Shown here: one piece after another, positions 1 to 9,260 of the stretch | Layout of the letters: every line of letters starts with the position of its first letter | How positions within the stretch are numbered: the first letter of the stretch is position 1 | Source of the DNA: a bacterium | GTDB lineage: Bacteria; JAJVIF01 | NCBI GenBank assembly: GCA_022072165.1 | Contig: JAJVIF010000004.1 | Span: 79,667 to 143,666, forward strand | Direction: 5' to 3' | DNA length: 64,000 nucleotides | Translations under genes and position numbers: made by a program | The notes under the pieces: model-generated | Seen by the model: the letters and a program-made list of their open reading frames with translations, nothing else | What the model was told of the DNA's origin: nothing | Databases searched by the model: none

Positions 1-917
1 GCGACCTGGGCGCAGGCGACTTCCAGATGGTGGATCGCTTCCTGCATCGCGGGGCTCTTGATGATCAGCAGTTCGCGCTCAGCTTCCTTGCTGAAGTCAT
101 CGATGGCGTGACGCACCCGCTCCAGGAACTCTTCGGGGTCAATGCGGGTCCGGGTGGGGATAGTCATCGCCAGGATCACCCCGGCGACTGTGGCATGAAT
201 GCCCGACTGGAGCATCGCCAGCCAGAGGAAGAATCCGAGCACCATGTACGGGGGAATCCGCTGAACCTGCAACGCGTTGAGGATGCCGAGCCCGGCCGTG
301 AGGAGTCCCACCATGCCGAGGGCACCCCAGTTGAGGTCGGTGGTGTAGAAGATGGCGATGACCGCCACCGCGCCCAGGTCATCGACAATCGCCAGGGCTG
401 TGAGAAAGACTTTGAGTCCCAGGGGGACCCGGGGACCGAGGAGCGCCAGGATGCCGAGGGCGAAGGCGATGTCGGTGGCCATGGGGACCCCCCAGCCACG
501 CTGGTACTCGCCCCCCTGGTTTACCAGCAGGTACAGCCCCGCTGGCAGCAGCATCCCGCCAATGGCGGCGGCAATCGGTAAGGCCGCCTGACGAGGTGAG
601 GCGAGTTCCCCCACCTGGACTTCCCGTTTGATCTCCAGCCCCACAAAGAGGAAGAAGAGGACCATCAGGCCATCGTTGATCCAGTAGTGCAGATCGTGGG
701 CCAAATGGAGCTTCATGAAGTGGATGTCGAGATGGGTGTGCCACAGGTCGTGGTAGGACTGCGCGAAGGGGGAGTTCGCCCAGATCAGCGCCACGATGGT
801 GCAGAGCAGCAAGAGCATGCCGCTCGCTGACTCGGTGGCGAAGAACTCCTGGAACGGATTGGAGGGGCGACTCAGATGAAGGGGAACTTCCCCGGTCGTG
901 GCACTGGATGAGCCCAT
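1..917 (-). CDS. nhaA: Na+/H+ antiporter NhaA; C-terminal end truncated by the window edge
   Basis: Minus-strand translation from ATG at 917 reads MGSSSATTGEVPLHLSRPSNPFQEFFATESASGMLLLL...WINDGLMVLFFLFVGLEIKREV...ALAIVDDLGAVAVIAIFYT, matching conserved NhaA motifs. GGAAGG RBS-like sequence about 12 nt upstream. Not in the ORF track because the ORF runs off the window. Confidence 0.85.
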   Translation of the reverse strand, partial: MGSSSATTGEVPLHLSRPSNPFQEFFATESASGMLLLLCTIVALIWANSPFAQSYHDLWHTHLDIHFMKLHLAHDLHYWINDGLMVLFFLFVGLEIKREVQVGELASPRQAALPIAAAIGGMLLPAGLYLLVNQGGEYQRGWGVPMATDIAFALGILALLGPRVPLGLKVFLTALAIVDDLGAVAVIAIFYTTDLNWGALGMVGLLTAGLGILNALQVQRIPPYMVLGFFLWLAMLQSGIHATVAGVILAMTIPTRTRIDPEEFLERVRHAIDDFSKEAERELLIIKSPAMQEAIHHLEVACAQV

Positions 918-1010
918 GGAGTACAGCAGCCTTCCGTGGCGGGGTTGCGCGCCTCTCTGCGCGGGGCCATTCTACATATCCCTTAATCAGCCTAAAACGT
1001 TGCCTGTCTT

Positions 1011-1559
1011 TCAGCCCTGTAGCGGCCAGCCGAGACGGTCCATCAGCGCGACTTCCCAGGTGGGATCAGTGAGGGGCCAGTGCGATGCGAGGACAGCGAG
1101 GTCACCGGTCTCCAGCGCGGTCCACATCAGCTGTCCCGGACTGCCGGGTTCCCCGGGACATTCCCAGCGACTTCCCGCCACCCGCTGATACCACGCCAGC
1201 AGTGTCGGGCAGCCTCGCGCTGCGGCTTCGGTCCGTACTCGCGCCATCAGTTCTTCCGCCGCGAGCGACTCTGGTGCGTGGGGAAGCAGGGCGCATTGCA
1301 CCTGCCAGCCCTGAAGGTGTCCGGCAACCTGTTGCGCGAGACCGAGTATGTCAGGCGATGCTGATGCCAGCACCCGCGCGGGCAAGTCCGACGACAACAG
1401 GTAACCGTAGCGACGCGCCATCGCCCGAAGAAGCCTGGAGGGCAGCCGCCAGGACCGGGGGTCCTGGCCGGTCGTGGCGAGTTCACGCTCCAGTGCCTGC
1501 AGTTCTTCCGCGACCTCGGCGATGCCGGCACACAGCACCATCAGCGCACGCCATCCCAT
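1011..1559 (-). CDS. hypothetical protein
   Basis: Track ORF 1011..1736; start placed at internal ATG (MGWRALMVL...). No recognisable domain and no clear RBS. Confidence 0.3.
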   Translation of the reverse strand: MGWRALMVLCAGIAEVAEELQALERELATTGQDPRSWRLPSRLLRAMARRYGYLLSSDLPARVLASASPDILGLAQQVAGHLQGWQVQCALLPHAPESLAAEELMARVRTEAAARGCPTLLAWYQRVAGSRWECPGEPGSPGQLMWTALETGDLAVLASHWPLTDPTWEVALMDRLGWPLQG

Positions 1560-1674
1560 CGCGAATCCGGCGCAAAAAAGTTGGGATGTCGGCGCAGATT
1601 TGTGGCGAGTGGCGGCATCACTCCTCCTGCATACGCCCCCGCAGTGAAACAGGGGCCGCCAGGGGAGGGACGCC

Positions 1675-1896
1675 ATGTCGACATCACAGTCCACCAGAGA
1701 ATGCGATCCGGAAGGGGAGGAGTGGTCGGGGTACACCCAGGATGCTGAGGTTCTGCGCCAGTGCCGACTGGTGCTGCGTCAGGACAGCTCCCGGGACTGG
1801 AGCATCGGAGCGCTGGCGCAGCGTCTCCACATCGCACCGGGACGCATCGGGCAGATTCTGACGGCGGCAGGCTTCGATCTCCCTGCTGAGGGCTAA
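1675..1896 (+). CDS. small hypothetical protein with possible helix-turn-helix
   Basis: 73-aa ORF preceded by strong RBS GGGGAGGGA 6 nt upstream of the ATG; segment WSIGALAQRLHIAPGRIGQIL looks like an HTH. Confidence 0.4.
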   Translation: MSTSQSTRECDPEGEEWSGYTQDAEVLRQCRLVLRQDSSRDWSIGALAQRLHIAPGRIGQILTAAGFDLPAEG

Positions 1897-2945
1897 GCCT
1901 GCCCACTGTCGCCAGACGCCTCGTCGCGCTTCTTGGGTTTGCGCCCCCGCTTCCCGATGCCCTTCACGTCCTTGACTTCCACGAAGTTCAGGATGGTGGA
2001 GAGCTTGAAGCGTCGCTGATTCCCCGGAGTCCGGATGCACTCCAGGAGTCCCTGGTTGGTGTAGCGGCGGACCGTGGTCTTACAGACATTCAGGATAGTG
2101 GCGGCTTCTTCCAGAGAGACGACGGGGTCGAGGAGTTCCTCGATCAGCTCTTCGCGCTTTTGTTTGGGGGAAGGGCGTCGGGTTCGGCGCGCTTCCTCTT
2201 CACGACGCGCCATGTGCTCCGTGTCGAAGAGGGTCGTTTGCTCCACTGCGGTGGCCACGACCGTCGGGGCTGGGAGAGGTGCCTCCACCGGCACATAAGC
2301 CGCCTCTTCCACCTCCGGGAGCGCTTCGACATACTCGTCATCGACTCCGGGCACCATCGCGAGGGCGGCCGTCTCCGTGGGGAACTCGACCATAGCGGGT
2401 GCTACAGAGAGCGCTTCAGCGCGTGGGACCTCAGTGGCTTCCGGTGGGGCGGAGGCCTGGCGCAGCAGGGCTGCTTCATCGTGGGGCGCGATCCGGGGCG
2501 CGGTCTGCTGCAGGAGGACTTTCCGCTCCCGCTCGATTTCCGCCTGGACTTCCGGGGTTAGGGGCTGGATGTCGGAGTCGAGTTCCGCCAGGTCATCAAG
2601 TCGCAGTACCCGGGGGGCCGGGTCGGCGGTGTCGCGACGCATAGGGCGTGGCGGCGCAGTCTGCGGCTGCGGTTCCGGCCGGGCAATGACATCGCTCAGG
2701 CGTGGTGCATGGTCCGGGGCGGGATGCGGTACCCGATGGGCGCTATCGGGCGTGGCGGGGCTGGGCTGTTCCAGGGCCTGGGCCGGCAGGGGGAGTCCGG
2801 AGGTGGGGTCCTTCGGCATCGCCGGGGCCTCCCCACGCGCCACCGCCTCCTCCTGCTTCTGCAGCATCCGCCGTGTCTCACGCTGGACATAGCGTCGCCA
2901 TTCACTGATGGAGACTGGTTCCGGCTTCGGATCACGTCCCGCCAT
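1893..2945 (-). CDS. DNA-binding protein with C-terminal excisionase/MerR-type HTH and long Pro-rich N-terminal region
   Basis: C-terminal VSLEEAATILNVCKTTVRRYTNQGLLECIRTPGNQRRFKLSTILNFV resembles excisionase-family HTH; start at ATG 2945 (MAGRDPKPEP) with AAGGGG RBS; stop from track. Confidence 0.6.
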   Translation of the reverse strand: MAGRDPKPEPVSISEWRRYVQRETRRMLQKQEEAVARGEAPAMPKDPTSGLPLPAQALEQPSPATPDSAHRVPHPAPDHAPRLSDVIARPEPQPQTAPPRPMRRDTADPAPRVLRLDDLAELDSDIQPLTPEVQAEIERERKVLLQQTAPRIAPHDEAALLRQASAPPEATEVPRAEALSVAPAMVEFPTETAALAMVPGVDDEYVEALPEVEEAAYVPVEAPLPAPTVVATAVEQTTLFDTEHMARREEEARRTRRPSPKQKREELIEELLDPVVSLEEAATILNVCKTTVRRYTNQGLLECIRTPGNQRRFKLSTILNFVEVKDVKGIGKRGRKPKKRDEASGDSGQA

Positions 2946-3194
2946 CGTTGCACCCCTTCGCGTTAGTCCCTGGCACCCCGCTGGCAAAGTGCGGGGCTGG
3001 GAAAATAGTATAAGGTTGCCCCGAGTCCCGTGCCAGCCAAATGCCCGTTACAAGCACTTGCACTTTCCACAGGCCTTGTCGTAAAATCAAACCGCTCCCA
3101 CAGTATTTCGTGGTTCCCGGCCGGTGGCACTGGCCACCAGCGGGTATCATGTAGCTACCGCGCCGTGCGGCATCGCTGAGTCTTCGAGGGCATC

Positions 3195-3833
3195 ATGCGT
3201 AGCCTGACATCATGGCACTCCCGGACCCTCCTGCTAGGCGTATGCGCCCTGCTGCTGGCGGGTTGTGGGGGCGAGAAGCTCGCGATCACGTCGCCCGACG
3301 TGCCTGGGCAACAGTTGACCAATCCTGATCCGGGGAATGGCGTGGATGGGACTTTTATCCCGTACATCCCGCCGCCCACCGATCAGGGAGGCAAGGACCC
3401 CATCCCGGCCTTCACCGATCCGGGCATGACGAGCCAGTCGGGGCAGAACTCCGACGGCACCGGCCTCGGCAATCCGGTCTACACCCCGAATGATTCCGGC
3501 CTCGACCTCCTGCTGGATGTCCAGTTCCCGGCAGGTGGTGGCTTCACGGTTGATGTCGAAGGCTCCGATGGCAAAACCCGCCTCTTCAACAGCGAGGATG
3601 GCGGCCTCGTCGGACCCGGCTTCACCACCGGCGGTGCGCCTGGGCCCTCCTTCGACCCTGGCACCGGGGTCCTCCAGATCCCCCTCACCATGGGCACCGA
3701 CGCGAGTGTCTACCTGACGGTCACCATTTCCACCGGCCAGGAGCAGACAAACGAGTCGCATACCATCCGGCTGCCGCAGGGCTGGACGCCCCTCGACCCG
3801 AACATGGGTGGGACTGGCGCCCAGATGTTCTAG
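3195..3833 (+). CDS. secreted lipoprotein, function unknown
   Basis: N-terminus MRSLTSWHSRTLLLGVCALLLAGCGG is a signal peptide with lipobox LLAGC; Gly/Thr/Pro/Asp-rich mature part. Confidence 0.6.
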   Translation: MRSLTSWHSRTLLLGVCALLLAGCGGEKLAITSPDVPGQQLTNPDPGNGVDGTFIPYIPPPTDQGGKDPIPAFTDPGMTSQSGQNSDGTGLGNPVYTPNDSGLDLLLDVQFPAGGGFTVDVEGSDGKTRLFNSEDGGLVGPGFTTGGAPGPSFDPGTGVLQIPLTMGTDASVYLTVTISTGQEQTNESHTIRLPQGWTPLDPNMGGTGAQMF

Positions 3834-3972
3834 CGCTCCCGAGCGCCAGGACCTTGTGGCAACGCAAGAGTTGTTTACAACCTCGCCCCCCGGATCGCCG
3901 GGGGGTGTTGCTTTTGCTGGGTGATGGCACGGCACTGCGACAGATGTCTGACACTCCCCGGAGGGCTTGGCG

Positions 3973-4245
3973 ATGTCCTGGGATGATGAATGGCAGCAGT
4001 TGTTGCCGATGCTGGGGAGTCTGCCGGAGCTGATCGCGCTGGTGTGCCTGTTCGTGCTGAACAACGCGCTCTGGATGCGACTTCTCTTTCAGTGGCAGGA
4101 CCAAGGGAGTCGGGCACTCTGGGAAGGGGTCCGGCAACTCACACTACTCACTCAAGAGGTGAGTCAGATCCGGGAATGGCTGGTGTTTCAGACAGAAATG
4201 CTGGAGGCGGGTCAGGAGGCGGTGGAATATGAGGACAAATTGTGA
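3973..4245 (+). CDS. small hypothetical membrane protein
   Basis: ATG at 3973 preceded by GGAGGG RBS; hydrophobic stretch LPELIALVCLFVLNNALWMRLLF. Confidence 0.3.
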   Translation: MSWDDEWQQLLPMLGSLPELIALVCLFVLNNALWMRLLFQWQDQGSRALWEGVRQLTLLTQEVSQIREWLVFQTEMLEAGQEAVEYEDKL

Positions 4246-4330
4246 CCGTTTGTGGAGAGGATCAGGGCTATCGTGCTGTCATCGCCATCGGAAGACTTCG
4301 CACTAAACAAATGCGTAGTACCTTTGGTGC

Positions 4331-7300
4331 ATGACGCCCATGCTTGACCATCCCAGACTCCTCCTCACCCTCGACCCCGACCAGGCCCAGGCCGCCGCCA
4401 TGGTGGACCGGCACCTGCTGGTTGTCGCGGGACCGGGAGCGGGCAAAACCCGGGTGGTCATCGGACGCATCCAGCACCTCCTGACCCACGGTGATGCCGC
4501 CGGGCAGCCGGTGGCCCCCTCGGAAATCTGCTGCATCACCTTTACCAACAAAGCCTGCTCCGAAATCGTGGCGCGCATCCGCGACCACTTCCCCGCTGAA
4601 GCGGAAGAGATTACAGTCCGGACGTTCCATGGCCTCGCCCGGGAGATCGTGCAGCGCTTCCACGAAGTTGCGGACCTCCCCCGGCATTTCCACATCATCG
4701 ACGAGGCCACGCAGGACGACATCCTCCAGTTCGCCTGCCGCAAACATCAGTTACGTCGCGACCCGCTGGTGCTGCGTCGCCTGAAGTCCCATCTGGATCT
4801 TGAAAAGAGCGCCATGCGCTATCCCCTGACGCATCCCCAGGCGAAGGGGGCCGCCCTGGAGGAACTCCCCCGGCTCTATACCTACTACCAGTCGTTCTTG
4901 CGGGATCATGGGATTCTCGATTTCAACGACCTGCTGCTGGCGGCGATCCAGATTCTGATGGGCTCCCGGGAGGCGGTCCGCTGGGTGCAGGGACGCTGTC
5001 GGTTTTTGCTGCTCGATGAGTTCCAGGATGTCAATCAGGCGCAGTACGAGCTGATCCGGTTGCTGGCGGGACCCTCAATGACGGTCCTGGCAGTGGCCGA
5101 TGGCAACCAGATGATCTATGGCTGGCGGGGGTCTAACTCGGCGTACCTGCATCTGTTTCGCCGGGAGTTCGAGGCGGAAGTCATCGAACTGACTCGCAAC
5201 TACCGGGCGGCGGAGGACCTGCAGGTCCTGGCGCGTCAGCTCATCCACCACAACACGCCGGATCGGCCGGTGCCGCCGCTGGCACCGACCCTCACAGACA
5301 AACATGCCACGCACTTCCAGTTGCTCGATGAAGACGAGGAAGTCCTGGCGATTCGCAAGGTGATCCAGGCAGCGCTCAAGAGCGACCCGACCCTGCAGTA
5401 TCGCGACATCGCCATCCTCTACCGGACCCACGACATCGCGGATCGGCTGGAGCGGGATCTCGCGTTGGCCGACATTCCGGTGCAGCGGGTCCGGAAGCAG
5501 ACCGAGGAACTGGCTGGGGGCATCGAGCATCTGGTGGCCTACCTGCGGCTGTCGCAGCATCTGTTTGACTGGGACCTCTATCGCGCGATGGAGTATCCGC
5601 GTCGGCTCCTCTCCCCCTGGGAAAATCTCTGGGTGAATCAGGCGCATCAGGCTGCCGAACTGCCGCTGCTCGATCTGCTCAGCGGCGAATTGCCCTCCAC
5701 CATCAGCCCGCTCTCACAGGGGAAGCTCCGCCGGTTCGCGACTCTGGTGCGGGAGCTCCACGCCCACGAAGCGACTCAGGCGCCCTCTGCCTTTTTTAAA
5801 CAACTGGTCGCTTCATTGGGTGAGTTTCGCTCACCCTTCACCGAGGACGAAGAAAACGCACTGCTGGAGCGCCTGCAGCAGGGAGATGGGCAGGAGCAGG
5901 AGACCATCGCCGGGATGCATCAGTTCCTTCGGGAAAGTCCCACCGGACGCTTCCTGGTGGTCCACAACGGCACGGTTACCGGCTTGCTGGCCGCGCTGAT
6001 CAGTCGGGAAGCGATCCGGGAGTATCTTCATCGGCAGATGGCTGTCGGGACCTGCGAACTGATGCATCAGTCGCAGTGGGAAAAGCTTGCCGCCGATGCC
6101 AGAGGTGCGGAAGTCTGTGTCCTGACCCTCGGACTCTCAGCGGAGCAGGACACGCTGATGCGTCAGCGAGCCGGCGAGGCGAGTCTCAGCGGTCCCTGGC
6201 TGACGCTGGCCCCGCAACCGCCGTTTCCGGGGGAGTCGTTTGAGGTCGCCCTCGATGTCTGGGGCTGGTGGGCGTGGTGCCTGGCGCAGCCGCTCACTCC
6301 CCTGACCGGCGATGGGGTCTACATCGATCTGGAAACCACCGGCAAAGAACCTTACCGCTGTCACCTGCTGGAAGTGGCAGCCCTGCGAGTCGATCTGGCG
6401 ACCGGCGCAGTCCGGGATCGGTATCAGACATTCGTGCAACCACCGGGCACGATTCCCTCGAAGGTCCAGGAAATCACCGGCATTACCGAGGCCATGGTGG
6501 CCGAAGCGCCGCAGGCCGGGCGGGTGCTGCCGCAGGTCCTGGAGTTCATCGGGACCCTGCCGCTCATCGGCCATAACCTCGAGGGCTTCGACCTGCCGAT
6601 CCTGCGTCGGTACGCCCAGCATCTGGCGCAGGTCGAGCTGACGAATCTCCCGGTCGACACGCTGCGCTGGGCGCGGGAGTTGTTGCCGCGACAGAGCCAT
6701 TCCCAGGAAGCCCTCTGCCAGCGTTTCGGACTCGCCCCGCCGGAGGGAGGGCAGCACCATCGCGCGATGGTCGATGTGGAGTTGCTGCATCAGTTGGTGC
6801 CGCATCTGACCCGACTGGATGCCATCAAGCGGGGTCTTCTCTTCAGCCAGACCGCCCTCGTCCTGCTGGCCCTGGCGAGCTACCAGGATGAAACCGCGCC
6901 GGATGCCCTTCGCATCGCGATCCGGGAAGCTGGCAAGCGGATTCTGCAGCGTCATGAAGAAGACGACCGGGATCTGGCGATGCTCATCGGACGTCACTTC
7001 ACGGAATTCCAGGCGGCGCGACTCGTGGCGCTTCTCAAGCTCCTCCAGGAAGAGCCCCTGGGGGATGATGCGGCGTATGACCGCTTTGCGCGGCATGTCG
7101 CGGCGTTGCGGGAGCAGATGCTCCGCTTCGAGGAAGCGCATCCGACCGAAGGGGTCCGGGAGTTCCTGCAGTTTCACTATCTCCTGAGTGATCAGGACTT
7201 TCTCTCCAGCGAAAACACGGTCAAGCTCCTGACTGTTCATGCGGCGAAGGGCCTGGAGTTCGAGGTAGTGATCATTGTGGGCCTGGAGCAGGGGAGCTTC

Positions 7301-7522
7301 CCGCATCACCTTGCGATTCGGCATCTGTCCCGCATCGAGGAAGAACGTCGCCTGCTCTATGTCGCCCTCACCCGGGCGCGACGCAAGGTCTATCTCACCA
7401 GCGTCGAGACGCGACACGGACGGTATCGTCCGCCGAGCATGTTTCTGCGGGAGCTGCCGCGTCAGGTGTTGCGACGCTTCCGGTCAGACAAGCTGAACCG
7501 TCGACGGGGCCGTGCGGCCTGA
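4331..7522 (+). CDS. UvrD/PcrA-family SF1 DNA helicase with an embedded DnaQ-like (DEDDh) 3'-5' exonuclease domain
   Basis: Walker A VVAGPGAGKT, motif II LLLDEFQDVNQ, motif III AVADGNQMIYGWRG, motif IV NYRAA, C-terminal LLTVHAAKGLEFEVVIIVG and YVALTRARRKVYLT. Between motif IV and motif V: YIDLETTGKEP (Exo I), GHNLEGFDLPIL (Exo II), HHRAMVDVELLHQL (Exo III). Confidence 0.9.
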   Translation: MTPMLDHPRLLLTLDPDQAQAAAMVDRHLLVVAGPGAGKTRVVIGRIQHLLTHGDAAGQPVAPSEICCITFTNKACSEIVARIRDHFPAEAEEITVRTFHGLAREIVQRFHEVADLPRHFHIIDEATQDDILQFACRKHQLRRDPLVLRRLKSHLDLEKSAMRYPLTHPQAKGAALEELPRLYTYYQSFLRDHGILDFNDLLLAAIQILMGSREAVRWVQGRCRFLLLDEFQDVNQAQYELIRLLAGPSMTVLAVADGNQMIYGWRGSNSAYLHLFRREFEAEVIELTRNYRAAEDLQVLARQLIHHNTPDRPVPPLAPTLTDKHATHFQLLDEDEEVLAIRKVIQAALKSDPTLQYRDIAILYRTHDIADRLERDLALADIPVQRVRKQTEELAGGIEHLVAYLRLSQHLFDWDLYRAMEYPRRLLSPWENLWVNQAHQAAELPLLDLLSGELPSTISPLSQGKLRRFATLVRELHAHEATQAPSAFFKQLVASLGEFRSPFTEDEENALLERLQQGDGQEQETIAGMHQFLRESPTGRFLVVHNGTVTGLLAALISREAIREYLHRQMAVGTCELMHQSQWEKLAADARGAEVCVLTLGLSAEQDTLMRQRAGEASLSGPWLTLAPQPPFPGESFEVALDVWGWWAWCLAQPLTPLTGDGVYIDLETTGKEPYRCHLLEVAALRVDLATGAVRDRYQTFVQPPGTIPSKVQEITGITEAMVAEAPQAGRVLPQVLEFIGTLPLIGHNLEGFDLPILRRYAQHLAQVELTNLPVDTLRWARELLPRQSHSQEALCQRFGLAPPEGGQHHRAMVDVELLHQLVPHLTRLDAIKRGLLFSQTALVLLALASYQDETAPDALRIAIREAGKRILQRHEEDDRDLAMLIGRHFTEFQAARLVALLKLLQEEPLGDDAAYDRFARHVAALREQMLRFEEAHPTEGVREFLQFHYLLSDQDFLSSENTVKLLTVHAAKGLEFEVVIIVGLEQGSFPHHLAIRHLSRIEEERRLLYVALTRARRKVYLTSVETRHGRYRPPSMFLRELPRQVLRRFRSDKLNRRRGRAA

Positions 7523-7989
7523 GTCCGGTTCAGGGTCGATTAGGTTTGTTGAATCGCAGGCGGACCGCTGGCTGGATGGTATGGATGTCGTTCGCGACGC
7601 ACTCTCACGCAAAGGGGTATCGACCCATGAAGAACTGGTCTCCTGAACGCAAGCGCATCGTGATTCTCATCGGCGCGCTCGCCCTGCTGGTCATGACGAT
7701 GCAGGTAGTGACGGTGGGGCAACGCCTCGCCAGTCTGTAGCTCCAGGGCTGTCAAGTATCTGAATCACGCCCCCCGGGCTTGCTGATGGGGGGCCGGTCA
7801 CCCGGCATGACTGCCCGCGATCAAGGGTCGATGGGTCCATGAACTCCCGGTGGCTGGTCCGGCCCGTTGTCAGCGCCTGGGGGCGCGTGCTGTTTTGTGC
7901 TGCTGATGTGTGATGGTGTCGCAGCAAGCCACGCCGTTACCGCTGAGGGACTGCTCTGATGGACCGCGGCGCTTGCGCCGCTTCTTCAA

Positions 7990-8300
7990 AAATGCGATCC
8001 CCTAAGTGGCCCCCGGTCGCTGCGCCATTCCCCGATCAAGCCCCCGGTCGCTGCGCGACCACCCCCTAAGCGGCCCCCGATCGCTGCGCGACCACCCCCG
8101 CAAGCGGGGGGGGGGAGGGAAGGTGTGCAAAAGCTCAGAGGGGCGACCGGGGGTCGCCCCTCCGAAAGTCGATGAATCATCTGGTGGGTCGACCTCCAGG
8201 TCGATGGGTGCTGGGACTTCAGTCCCCGACACACCAGCGCATGGACCCGTACGGACCAGACATCACGTCCCAGGTCTAAAGACCTGGTGTCCGGCGCAGC
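7990..8300. repeat. GC-rich palindromic intergenic repeat element, copy A (inverted relative to copy B at 28480..28840)
   Basis: Reverse complement of this segment shares blocks with 28480..28840: GGTCTTTAGACC(Y)GGGACGTGAT, GGGACTGAAGTCC, CCCATCGACCT(R)GAG(R)TCGAC, CCACCAGA, CCTCCCTCCCCCCCGCTTGCGGGGG, GAGGGGCGACC...GGTCGCCC. Confidence 0.7.
8011..8108. repeat. three imperfect tandem copies of a ~32-bp unit (AAGCGGCCCCCGGTCGCTGCGCGACCACCCCCT-like) inside repeat copy A
   Basis: Units at about 8011, 8041 and 8069, each containing the palindrome GGTCGC-TGC-GCGACC. Confidence 0.6.
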
Positions 8301-8428
8301 CGCCGGGGGCCTCCTGTCGTGACCGCACCTACGCCACCTGCAGCAACCCATGGCGCTTGTATACTCGGGGGACGACACCAGCAGCCTGTCGGAGCGACAG
8401 CCTGCCTGCCAGGGGAGGGGACACCACC

Positions 8429-8944
8429 ATGAGTCTGCGCGGCAAAGTCATCAAGCTCGGTGACAACATCGACACCGACCTCATCATTCCGGCCCGCTAC
8501 TGCAACATGTTTAAGGAAGAGGAACTCGGACCCCATGCGCTGGCCGGGATCGAAGAGCAATATGTCGCGAAGCATGTGGCGCGGGGCGACATCCTGGTGG
8601 CCGGCAGCAACTTCGGCTGCGGGTCCTCCCGGGAAGCCGCGCCGGTCAGCCTCAAGGGGGCCGGTTTCGCCTGTGTCATCGCTGATTCCTTCGCACGCAT
8701 CTTCTACCGCAACTCCTTCAACATCGGGCTGCCGATTCTGGAGTGCCCGGAGGCCGCGATAGGGATCAGCCAGGGGGATGACGTCGAGATCGATCTCGCC
8801 TCCGGGGTCATCACGAACCACACCACCGGTACGAGCTACCAGGCCGCACCCTTTCCCCCCTTCATCCAGGAGCTGGTGCAGGCGGGGGGCATGGTCAACT
8901 ATGTGCGTCAGCGCCTGGAAGCGCAGGCGGTCCCGGCAGAGTAA
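8429..8944 (+). CDS. leuD: 3-isopropylmalate dehydratase small subunit-like (aconitase swivel domain, LeuD family)
   Basis: MSLRGKVIKLGDNIDTDLIIPARY...GDILVAGSNFGCGSSREAAPVSLKGAGFACVIADSFARIFYRNSFNIGLP is typical of short LeuD; ATG at 8429 preceded by AGGGGAGGGGA. The track ORF extension back to 8006 runs through the repeat and is not used. Confidence 0.8.
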   Translation: MSLRGKVIKLGDNIDTDLIIPARYCNMFKEEELGPHALAGIEEQYVAKHVARGDILVAGSNFGCGSSREAAPVSLKGAGFACVIADSFARIFYRNSFNIGLPILECPEAAIGISQGDDVEIDLASGVITNHTTGTSYQAAPFPPFIQELVQAGGMVNYVRQRLEAQAVPAE

Positions 8945-8992
8945 TCCGTCGACGCAGCCCGGCGGCCATCAGGACAGGTCCCTAACAACGCA

Positions 8993-9024
8993 CATCGCCC
9001 CCGGGGAGTCATCCGGGGGCGATG
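8993..9024 (+). terminator. perfect 12-bp stem hairpin downstream of leuD (terminator-like, no U tract)
   Basis: CATCGCCCCCGG-GGAGTCAT-CCGGGGGCGATG about 50 nt after the leuD stop. Confidence 0.25.
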
Positions 9025-9260
9025 CTGGTTCTCAGGCCGGGCTTATGGGGCTCCCTGTCAGCCTGGTGCGGGTGGCAGCGCAAGGAGGCGTGGATCATCG
9101 CCGGGTGCAGGAAGTCGGGAAGGTCAGGCACAGACTGCATCCCTGCTCCTGGCGTGTCCCACATGAGGAACCTACGGGGGCGGCGCTTAATATGTCAAGA
9201 GAGTTGACACGAATTTTGGCGGCAATGGCCCTTTCAGCGCCTGTGCTTTAATCACTCTGA

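Noticed and set aside
27-581. Plus-strand ORFs (27..581, 352..591) overlapping the nhaA region
   Set aside because: The minus strand encodes an unambiguous NhaA; these are antisense or off-frame ORFs of the kind high-GC DNA produces, with Arg/Pro/Gly-rich translations.
1085-1861. 258-aa plus-strand ORF
   Set aside because: Arg/Pro/Ser-rich low-complexity translation with no RBS; overlaps better-supported genes on the other strand.
3234-4064. 276-aa minus-strand ORF antisense to the lipoprotein gene
   Set aside because: The plus-strand gene has a clean signal peptide and lipobox; the antisense translation is Arg/Gly-rich with no features.
6137-7417. 426-aa minus-strand ORF inside the UvrD-like helicase gene
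   Set aside because: Antisense to a gene with complete helicase and exonuclease motifs.
7546-7740. 64-aa plus-strand ORF (possible 38-aa membrane peptide from ATG 7627)
   Set aside because: Too short and featureless to support as a gene from sequence alone; left unannotated.
8011-8108. Possible CRISPR array (tandem ~32-bp repeats)
   Set aside because: Only three imperfect, directly abutting copies with no spacers and no cas genes; part of a larger palindromic repeat element.
8006-8428. N-terminal extension of the leuD ORF across repeat copy A
   Set aside because: The extension translates the palindromic repeat; a good RBS and conserved LeuD N-terminus begin at 8429.
9200-9260. TTGACA hexamer upstream of the MlaF-like gene as a promoter -35 element
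   Set aside because: No convincing -10 element at appropriate spacing; a single hexamer match is expected by chance.
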